Source: Pseudomonadota bacterium (GTDB lineage: Bacteria; Bdellovibrionota_B; Oligoflexia; Oligoflexales; CAIYRB01). Taken from it: a DNA stretch of 21,535 bases. The notes beneath the pieces were generated by a model. It was not told where the DNA came from, searched no databases, and saw only the letters and a list, made by a program, of their open reading frames with translations. The stretch is from the NCBI GenBank assembly GCA_031416315.1, contig JANOTL010000167.1:1-21535 (forward strand), written 5' to 3'. The position numbers and the translations under genes were made by a program. Below are positions 14,856-21,535 of the stretch, piece after piece (positions within the stretch are counted from its first letter, which is position 1; every line of letters starts with the position of its first letter).

Positions 14856-17180
14856 GTGCTGATCAACGCGTTGCGTTTTCGCGACCTCGGCGGCCCCTGG
14901 CAGGCTTTCCGCTTCGGTCCCGGCACGGGCCGCTTTCGCAACTACCTGTGCGCGACGGGCGACGTCGCGGAGCTGCGCCGCGCCGCCGCCGCCGTCGAGC
15001 TCGCGCTCACCGGGCGCGTGAGCCCCTTGGTCGCCGAGGTCGAGATGATCGTCAGCGACGACGCCGGCCTCGCGTGGACGATCAAGCGCGAGCCGGGCCG
15101 TACCCTGATCCTCCGCGACAACCAGCTCGTCGAGAACGCGCGTGCCGAGCGGGAGCTATTGATCGCGCTGCTCGACGTCGAGGATGCGCCGCGCTTCGAG
15201 CTCGGCGCCTACAAAATCGCCGCGGAGGCCGACGGCCTGAAGCTCGCGCGCGTCGAGAGCGGCGATCCGGCGAGCGAGACTCTGCGCGTCGTCGCCGAGC
15301 GCCAGGTGAAAGAGTTCGCCATCGGCGTCGCCCGCATCCTCGAGCTGCCCGAGCTGGCGAATCCTGCGGTCCTCGCGAAGCTGGGACGCGCCCTCGAGCC
15401 GCTTTATGCCGCTTACCGCGAGCTCGTCGCGCAATATCACGACCTCAAAACCCCGCCCGGCGGGAAAGAGACGGAGGGCGAGGAGGCGCGCACCGGCGAA
15501 GCCGACGTCTCCGCGCTCAGCGCCGAGCTCGACCTGATTCGGCAGATCGGCGAGACCGCGCAACCCCTGCTCGCGCCGGGCGCCTCGATGAAGGTCTGGC
15601 GGGACGAGCTCGGCCAGGCCGAGGCGAAAATCGCGGAGATCGTCGTCAAGCATCAGCTCGGCGACCCCGCCGAAGCGCGTTGCCCCGAGGATCTGCGCAA
15701 GCCGATGGAGGCGCTCGCGCGTCTCGACGCGTATGCCCGCCTCGTCCGCGCCTCGCAGGGCGCGCGCAAGCAGTGCGAGACCGAGATCGAGCCCTTGGTG
15801 AAGGAGTACCTGGCGCTGGGCGAGCAGTGCGTCGGCCAGGACCAGAAAATCGTCGGCGAGCTCGAGAGCTGCCTCGAGGCCTTGAGCCTGAAGCTCGCGG
15901 CCGCGCGCGGCGAGCCTCGCCCCCAGGTTATTCGCGACGAAAGCGCCTCCGGTCTCAAGACCTGGTTCGACCGTTTTCGCTCGCGGCAGCAAGAAGAGGC
16001 AGCGAGCGGCGACGGCCCCGCGGTGCTCGAGGATATCGACGGTGCTGCCGCCGAGCTCGAGACGGCGCGCATGACCGTCGAGTTCGCGCGTGAGCGCCTC
16101 GAGGAGCTCGGCCGCGGTCTCGGCGCAGCGCGACCCAAGTTCACCTCCGTGCTTCGCCGCTTCGACGACACCCACGACGAGCTCGTGCGAGCGCATGCGA
16201 AGTTGAAAGAGCATTGGACGAAGATCGCCGCGGAGACCGGGCTTCCCGAGACGATGACGATCACCGAGCTGGTGGCGCTGCTCACCGATCACGCCAACCT
16301 CGCCGCCATGATGCGCCGCCGCCTCGAGCTCGCCGAGAAGATCAGGGACGCCGCCGCGCGCTTAGCCAAGCTCGGCCGCCTGGTCCCAGAATGGCGTCGC
16401 CTGGCGAAAAGCCAGAAAGCCGTCGATCTCTCCTCGCCGCAGATGCTCCTTACCGAAGCGCGCGACGTCGTCCGGTACAAAGAGGCGAAGGAAAAGCGCC
16501 TCGCGCAGCTCATCCTGCGCAACGCCGAGACGAACGCCGAGGACCGCCTGAAAGCGATGCTCCGCGCTCGCCGGAAGGAGCTGAATGTCGCTTGGCGCTC
16601 GGCGTTCGAGGCGCAAGGCGTCAACGCCGTCGATCTGAGCCACGAGGGCTGGCCCGAAGCGTTCCGGCGCGCCTCACTCGTCCGCGCTTTGGGCCTCGTC
16701 ATCGGCACGGGCGCGAAAGGCGGCGAGACCAAGCCCTTTGACGCCGGCGAGGGCAAGCACGCCGCCTCGGTCTTTCTGATCGAGGAGAGTCGCACGTCGA
16801 ATCCGGCGCGGCTCTTGGTGCTTGAAGCGTTGGAGAACGCGACGGGCGACGATCTGCGCGTTCTTCTCGTCGCCGACGAAGGCCTGGCCGCGATGCTCGG
16901 CTCGCTCGGCGTCGGCCAGGGCGCCAAGGTCGCGACGCCGGAGATGCCATTGACTCCGGCCCTCGCAGCGGCGCAAGCGCGCGCGACGATGAGTGCGCCG
17001 GCGCTGCGCACGCCGCCCCCGCCACGGCAAGCGGCACCATCGCCCGACTCGGCGCCGCGCGCCCGCACGCCGACCGTCGCGGCCCCGCCTCAGCGGCGCC
17101 CGTCGCCGCACCAGCCGCCGGCGCCGCTCCTTTCCGACCGGGCCCGGCAGGCGCTCGATCTCCTGAACGGCAAGAAGTAG
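14856..17180 (+). CDS. Long coiled-coil protein with degenerate SMC/Rad50/YhaN-like head segments and a Pro-rich tail
   Basis: SD AAGGAG plus GTG. N-terminal pattern MLINALRFRDLG…FGPG…AVELALTG…AEVEMIV…WTIKR, long helical heptad-like centre, C-terminal VFLIEE…ARLLVLEAL…RVLLV. Confidence 0.75.
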   Translation: MLINALRFRDLGGPWQAFRFGPGTGRFRNYLCATGDVAELRRAAAAVELALTGRVSPLVAEVEMIVSDDAGLAWTIKREPGRTLILRDNQLVENARAERELLIALLDVEDAPRFELGAYKIAAEADGLKLARVESGDPASETLRVVAERQVKEFAIGVARILELPELANPAVLAKLGRALEPLYAAYRELVAQYHDLKTPPGGKETEGEEARTGEADVSALSAELDLIRQIGETAQPLLAPGASMKVWRDELGQAEAKIAEIVVKHQLGDPAEARCPEDLRKPMEALARLDAYARLVRASQGARKQCETEIEPLVKEYLALGEQCVGQDQKIVGELESCLEALSLKLAAARGEPRPQVIRDESASGLKTWFDRFRSRQQEEAASGDGPAVLEDIDGAAAELETARMTVEFARERLEELGRGLGAARPKFTSVLRRFDDTHDELVRAHAKLKEHWTKIAAETGLPETMTITELVALLTDHANLAAMMRRRLELAEKIRDAAARLAKLGRLVPEWRRLAKSQKAVDLSSPQMLLTEARDVVRYKEAKEKRLAQLILRNAETNAEDRLKAMLRARRKELNVAWRSAFEAQGVNAVDLSHEGWPEAFRRASLVRALGLVIGTGAKGGETKPFDAGEGKHAASVFLIEESRTSNPARLLVLEALENATGDDLRVLLVADEGLAAMLGSLGVGQGAKVATPEMPLTPALAAAQARATMSAPALRTPPPPRQAAPSPDSAPRARTPTVAAPPQRRPSPHQPPAPLLSDRARQALDLLNGKK

Positions 17181-17219
17181 GTCCTGGCTAAGACTCTGAT
17201 TTTCCTCACTGCGTCTCCA

Positions 17220-17255
17220 ATTAAATAAATCAATTTACGAATTGATTTTTTTAAT
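17220..17255. promoter_or_regulatory. 36-bp AT-rich palindromic operator upstream of the DUF2089 gene
   Basis: ATTAAATAAATCAATT-tacg-AATTGATTTTTTTAAT; 15 of 16 arm positions are complementary. Confidence 0.7.
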
Positions 17256-17286
17256 CGATAAGGGAGTTCGAAGTGAGGAATTTCAT

Positions 17287-17709
17287 ATGTCGCCGCTTTC
17301 GACCGCCATTTCCTGCCCGTCGTGCCAGGGCTCCCTGCAGCCTCAGGTTCTAGCTTGCGCCCGCTGCGACCTGCGGATCGAGGGGCGCTTCGAAGCCAAC
17401 GAGTTCGCCGGTCTCGACGAGCGGCTCCTCCACTTTTTACGCATCTTCGTCCACTGCGAAGGCCGCATCAAAGACATGGAGAAGGCGCTCGGCGTCTCCT
17501 ACCCGACCGTGAAGAGCACGATGGCGGCACTCAAGGAAGCGCTGCGCCTACCGGTCGAGGCCGCCGCGCCCGCCGCCGCGCCTGCGCCCATTGGCTCCGC
17601 CGCCTCCGCCGCGAACGACGTCGCCGCCATCTTGGAAGCGATGGCGCGCGGCGAGCTCCCTTACGAAGAAGCTTTGCAACAAATCCGCACCAGGAGAGAG
17701 CGCCCGTGA
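17287..17709 (+). CDS. DUF2089-family protein (Zn ribbon + HTH) with C-terminal SHOCT-like helix pair
   Basis: CPSC…LACARC..RIEGRF, F..CEGRIKDMEKALGVSYPTVK, C-terminal ILEAMARGELPYEEALQQI. ATG 17287 with SD GAGG. Confidence 0.88.
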   Translation: MSPLSTAISCPSCQGSLQPQVLACARCDLRIEGRFEANEFAGLDERLLHFLRIFVHCEGRIKDMEKALGVSYPTVKSTMAALKEALRLPVEAAAPAAAPAPIGSAASAANDVAAILEAMARGELPYEEALQQIRTRRERP

Positions 17710-18671
17710 AAGATGAGATCGCCAAAATCCTCGCCATGACCCAGTCCGGCACCATCACCTCCGAGCAAGCGACCGAGCTGATCGCCGCGCTCGCTGCGCC
17801 GGCGCAGCCCGCACAGCGCGTGCAAGGCTACGAGCCGCCGCGCTTACCCGAATCGCCTGAGGCACCACGCGCGCCGGAGCCGCCGCGGGAGCCGACGCCG
17901 CCGCGCGATCCCTTCGATCCGGCGGCATGGGTCGACCTCGCGCGCGAGTTCGCCGGCAGCTGGAAGTCGACCTTCAAGGACTCGATCAAAGATTCCATCA
18001 AAAGCTCCGTGAAAAACGCGCGCTTCTCGCATCATGACCAGAAGAACAACGCCATCACCATGTCGCGCTACGAGGAGCCGACCGGCGAGCGCTGGACGTT
18101 CGACGGTAACGAGCTCAATGTCTCGTCGTTCGCAGGTATCGTTCTGAACGATGCGGCGATCCGCGACAATTCCCTCAACGCGGCGAATCTTAAGGATCTG
18201 CGCCTGGACCATTCCGAGATGAAAGACTGTGAGCTGCACGGCAGCTCGATCGACGGACTCGAGATGCGCGAGGCGAGCCTCGAGGACACGGAATTCCACG
18301 GCACCAAGGTGTCGCGGCTCAGCTTGACCCAAGCGCAGATCGAGGACTGCGAGCTGCACGGCTGCAGCCTCCGCGGCGTCGCGCTCGAGGCGGGGACGAA
18401 GCTCGAAGATTGCTCGTTGCACGGCGCCATGCTGCACGACGTTCGCCTCACGCGCGCGAAGCTCGAGGATTTCGAGTGGCACGGCGTCATCATGAATACG
18501 GTCGCCTTCGAAGATTGCGCATTCGCCGATTGTCGATTCAGCGACGTGAAGCTGCACAACGTCACGATCCGCAACGTCAAGCTGGACGACTTCGAGTGCG
18601 ACCGCGTCGAGCTCCGCGACGTCGAGATCGATGGGAATGAGCAGTTCCGGGCGGCATTCCGCGGCCGCTAG
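17706..18671 (+). CDS. SHOCT-like (YvlB/LiaX-type N-terminus) + pentapeptide-repeat beta-helix protein
   Basis: GTG overlaps the upstream TGA (GTGA coupling). N-terminus KDEIAKILAMTQSGTITSEQATELIAAL, a Pro linker, then about 170 aa with a hydrophobic residue every fifth position. Confidence 0.82.
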   Translation: MKDEIAKILAMTQSGTITSEQATELIAALAAPAQPAQRVQGYEPPRLPESPEAPRAPEPPREPTPPRDPFDPAAWVDLAREFAGSWKSTFKDSIKDSIKSSVKNARFSHHDQKNNAITMSRYEEPTGERWTFDGNELNVSSFAGIVLNDAAIRDNSLNAANLKDLRLDHSEMKDCELHGSSIDGLEMREASLEDTEFHGTKVSRLSLTQAQIEDCELHGCSLRGVALEAGTKLEDCSLHGAMLHDVRLTRAKLEDFEWHGVIMNTVAFEDCAFADCRFSDVKLHNVTIRNVKLDDFECDRVELRDVEIDGNEQFRAAFRGR

Positions 18672-18787
18672 CATTCGCCTCGGGATCGCCTCAATTCGCC
18701 AAGCCCCGCATCGTGGCCCCCTCCGGGAGGCTTCTCTAAAGTGGGGACGTGAGCTGGCACAAACTCGCCGGCCAAGGAGGCGATCCC

Positions 18788-19645
18788 TTGCGCTATCTAC
18801 CGCTCGTTCTCTTTTTGAGCGCTTGCAATTTCAATGAGCCGAAGGAGCGCGCTGCGCCGCCCTCGGCCGACGCCGACGCCGATCCGCGCGTCGCGCCGAG
18901 CGCTTATCCGCGGCTGGCGGCGGAGCTGTTCGAGGCGCAGTGCGCGCCTTGTCACAATCCGGGGCGCTCGGCCGGCGGCGTCGACGTCACGAACTACACG
19001 GAGGTCACGGCTGCGGGCCGCGCCGTGCTCGACGCGATTCGGAGCGGGGATATGCCAAAGGGCAGGCCTAGCGTGGCGCCGGCGTTGCAGGCGGCGCTCG
19101 CGTGTTGGATGGAGCGCGGGTCGCCGGAAGCCGGCGCCGGAGATTGCTTCGCGGATGCGGGGGCTGGAGTGCGGCCGGGCGCTGGTCCTGCGCCTGGTCC
19201 TGCGCCTGGTCCTGCGCCTGATGCTGCTCCTGAGCCGGTGCCTGAGCCGGTGCCCGGACCTGAGCCGGCGCCTGAGCCTGAGCCCGTGCCTGGGCCGACG
19301 CCCACGCCGACGCCCGTTCCGGTTCCGGTGCCCATTCCGGAGCCTGAGCGCGTGAGTGACTACGCTCGCCTCAAGACGGAGCTTTTCGACGTCTCCTGCG
19401 TGAAATGCCACGGACCGACGCGCCGCGCTGGCGGCGTCGACGTCTCCACCTTCGCTCTGATCATGAGCGAGGAGCAGGCGCTCGTCGTGAAGGGGAGGAG
19501 CGCCGACAGCTTCCTCTTCCAAGTGATCGAGTCCGGAGAGATGCCGAAGGGGAACCTCACCGTGAGCGCCGCGCTGAAGACGGCGCTCGCCTGCTGGATC
19601 GACGCGGGAGCGTCGGAGACGAGCGCGACGGGGTGTTTCGAATGA
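18788..19645 (+). CDS. Diheme c-type cytochrome lipoprotein (two planctomycete-type cytochrome c domains, Pro-rich linker)
   Basis: SD AAGGAGG plus TTG 18788; lipobox LSAC. CAPCH (18941-18955) and CVKCH (19397-19411) are each followed by AGGVDV…SG[DE]MPKG…ALACW…G…CF. Confidence 0.85.
   Translation: MRYLPLVLFLSACNFNEPKERAAPPSADADADPRVAPSAYPRLAAELFEAQCAPCHNPGRSAGGVDVTNYTEVTAAGRAVLDAIRSGDMPKGRPSVAPALQAALACWMERGSPEAGAGDCFADAGAGVRPGAGPAPGPAPGPAPDAAPEPVPEPVPGPEPAPEPEPVPGPTPTPTPVPVPVPIPEPERVSDYARLKTELFDVSCVKCHGPTRRAGGVDVSTFALIMSEEQALVVKGRSADSFLFQVIESGEMPKGNLTVSAALKTALACWIDAGASETSATGCFE
19182..19347 (+). repeat. Tandem repeats encoding the (GPAP)3/(PEPV)n/(PT)n/(PV)n linker
   Basis: CTGGTCCTGCGC three times (19182-19217), CCTGAGCCGGTG twice (19229-19252), plus degenerate copies. 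Confidence 0.85.
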
Positions 19646-20796
19646 AGACGCAAAGCACCATGCAACGAGTCCTTCTCGCGGCGCTCGCGCTCGCAGCCAG
19701 CCTCATCCTCTTCGGCGCCTCGCGCGCCGAAGCCTTCCCCGAGCTCGTGCGCCACGGCTACTTCAGCTGCACGAGCTGCCACGTGAGCCCGGGCGGCGGC
19801 GGCGTGCTCACGCCGTACGGTCGCTCCATCGCCGCCGAGAAGCTCTCGACCTGGACCTACAAAGACGAGGAGGCCGTCGGCCACGGCGCGTTGCCGAAGC
19901 TTCCCGACTGGCTCCTGGTCGGCGGCGATTTCCGCCAGATCCAGACTTACGTCGACACGGCGCGGGCGCGCTCCGGCCGCTACATCGCGATGCAGCGGGA
20001 CGTCGAGATCTGCGGCACCGGGACGCTCGGCCCCGTCCTCACCGGCTGCGTCACGGCCGGCAGCCTGCCGAAGACGGATCCCAGCGCGGATTTGCAGTAC
20101 GGCGTCCGCAAGGCCTACGTGCGCGCCGATTTCGGTGAGCATGTGGCGCTGCGCGCCGGCCGCTTTTACCCGCGCTTCGGCCTCATGATTCCGAACCACA
20201 CGAGCCCGGTGCGCGCCGGCTTGGGCTATGCGCCGAACGGCGAGACGGATCAGATCGAGACGACGTATCTGTCGGAGACGCTGGAGCTCACCGCCTCCTA
20301 TGATTTCGGGCGGGGACTGGACCTAGGCACGGAGCTCGAGGCGCTCGGCACGGTGGAGCCGGCATACGGGTTCTCCTTCGCGACACTCCTCGGCACCAGC
20401 TCCCGAGCCGGCGCGAGCTACCGCCATCGCGGGCTGAAGGACGGCGTCGAGCACGATGCCGGGCTTTTCGCCGCGCTCGGGCTCGATCCGAAGAATTTCA
20501 TCCTCGCCGAGGTCGACCAAAAGGCGGTCGTCGTGGACGACGAGATCACGCGCAGCGCCGTGAGCCACTTGAAATTCGGCCACGAGATCCACCAAGGCGT
20601 CGTCCTCGCTACGGTGCACGAAGTCGACTTCAAGGACCTGAGAGACGGTGCGACGCGCGCCGACACCTACGGGCTAGACCTCCAATGGTTCCCGCGCCCG
20701 CATCTCGAGCTCGAGGCCTTCGTCGGCCAGCTCCTGCAACGCCGCGATTTTTCGTATGCCACCGCCGCCTATCTGATGATGCACTACTATCTCTAA
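19642..20796 (+). CDS. Outer-membrane beta-barrel with N-terminal monoheme CxxCH domain (cytochrome-porin fusion)
   Basis: ATG overlaps the upstream TGA (ATGA). Signal peptide ends AEA; FPELVRHGYFSCTSCHVSPGGGGVLTPYGR; amphipathic strands (KAYVRAD, LRAGRFYPRFG, YGLDLQWFPRPHLEL); C-terminal LMMHYYL. Confidence 0.82.
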   Translation: MKTQSTMQRVLLAALALAASLILFGASRAEAFPELVRHGYFSCTSCHVSPGGGGVLTPYGRSIAAEKLSTWTYKDEEAVGHGALPKLPDWLLVGGDFRQIQTYVDTARARSGRYIAMQRDVEICGTGTLGPVLTGCVTAGSLPKTDPSADLQYGVRKAYVRADFGEHVALRAGRFYPRFGLMIPNHTSPVRAGLGYAPNGETDQIETTYLSETLELTASYDFGRGLDLGTELEALGTVEPAYGFSFATLLGTSSRAGASYRHRGLKDGVEHDAGLFAALGLDPKNFILAEVDQKAVVVDDEITRSAVSHLKFGHEIHQGVVLATVHEVDFKDLRDGATRADTYGLDLQWFPRPHLELEAFVGQLLQRRDFSYATAAYLMMHYYL

Positions 20797-20806
20797 ACAA
20801 AAGGAA

Positions 20807-21388
20807 ATGACCATGAAACGTTTCGTACTCGCCCTCGCCCTGACCCTCGGCGCCGCCACCCTCGCCCACGCCGACGTCTGGACCGTGACCGGCAAAGACA
20901 GCCCAGTGAGCTTCGTCGCCACCGGCAAACCCGGCTTCCTCAAGATCCGCGGCGAAGGCGCCCAGCTCTCCGGCGACGCCAAGCTCGAAGGCGACGTCCT
21001 CGACGGCACCTTCAAGGTCGCGCTCGCGCCGCTGAAGACCGGCATCGACCTCCGCGACGAGCACATGAAAGAAAAGTACCTCGACGTCGCCAAGTACCCG
21101 ACGGCAACGCTGACGATCGCCGGGCTGAAAGTCGGCGCCGGCGAGAAGGACTACGACTTCGACGGCAAGCTGACGCTCAAGGACGTCGAGAAGCCGGTCA
21201 AGGGCACCCTGCACCTCGCGCTCGATCAGGCGAGCGGCAAGGCGACCGGGAACGCAGTGTTCACCGTGAAGATCACCGACTACCCGTCGATCGGCGTGCC
21301 GTCGCACTTGGGAATCACGGTGGCGGAAAGCGTAGAGGTGACGGTGAAGTTCGTGACGGAGAAGGCGGCCGGCGTCGCTGCGAAGTAA
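20807..21388 (+). CDS. YceI-family lipid/polyisoprenoid-binding periplasmic protein
   Basis: Signal peptide ending AHA; VSFVA, LKTGIDLRDEHMKEKYLDVAKYPTATL, GKLTLKDVEKPV, TDY..IGVP, VAESVEVTV. Start could be 20813. Confidence 0.92.
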   Translation: MTMKRFVLALALTLGAATLAHADVWTVTGKDSPVSFVATGKPGFLKIRGEGAQLSGDAKLEGDVLDGTFKVALAPLKTGIDLRDEHMKEKYLDVAKYPTATLTIAGLKVGAGEKDYDFDGKLTLKDVEKPVKGTLHLALDQASGKATGNAVFTVKITDYPSIGVPSHLGITVAESVEVTVKFVTEKAAGVAAK

Positions 21389-21535
21389 GCCAGTAACTCC
21401 CTCGTTCGCACGGTTAGACGCGCCTCGACAAGCAACGAGCCTTACCCGCTGCTCTTTCCGCGATGCGCTGTCACCACGACGGTTATGGTAAGTGTTTTTG
21501 GATCAAGCTTGGTTCCGCGCGGAACCGCCGCCACC

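Noticed and set aside
17322..17705. N-terminal extension of the 449-aa ORF; likewise extensions at 3948-3983, 4501-4566, 10212-10262, 14656-14733, 19405-19641
   Set aside because: They overlap upstream genes or promoter motifs. Downstream starts have SDs or coupled stop/start overlaps and, for the exported proteins, place the signal peptide at the N-terminus.
18755..18768. sigma54-like TGGCAC…GC upstream of the cytochrome operon
   Set aside because: GG-to-GC spacing is 9 nt instead of the required 10.
19182..19347. Repeat array as CRISPR or mobile-element repeat
   Set aside because: In-frame 6- and 12-bp coding repeats with no unique spacers; no cas or transposase gene in the window.
21466..21493. 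dif-like site (TTATGGTAAGT resembles the XerD arm)
   Set aside because: The XerC arm position (CGCTGTCACCA) does not resemble the consensus.

Overview
GC-rich bacterial chromosomal window; the gene content suggests an Oligoflexia/Bdellovibrionota-like or deltaproteobacterial organism (inference). It holds 17 supportable complete CDSs: an M48 peptidase-TerB fusion, two large uncharacterised lipoproteins, a small secreted Cys protein, a divergent PIN-PhoH / PrkA pair, a histidine kinase-response regulator-pyrD-HD hydrolase run, an apparently inactivated SMC/Rad50/YhaN-like coiled-coil protein, a DUF2089 + SHOCT-like/pentapeptide-repeat pair, and a closely packed diheme cytochrome c lipoprotein / monoheme cytochrome-porin / YceI operon. 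Highlights: (1) a Cyc2-like cytochrome-porin operon with a proline-tethered diheme lipoprotein and YceI, a candidate trans-envelope electron or lipid/quinone conduit; (2) an unannotated ~270-nt structured RNA at ~4178-4451 containing a 15-codon ORF with a perfect SD and an intrinsic terminator; (3) four sigma28/FliA-like promoters in front of non-flagellar genes; (4) a 36-bp palindrome upstream of DUF2089 whose core recurs upstream of the structured RNA; (5) a histidine ladder in the pentapeptide beta-helix. No rRNA, tRNA, CRISPR array or transposase was seen. All family calls come from motif recognition by eye, not database searches.
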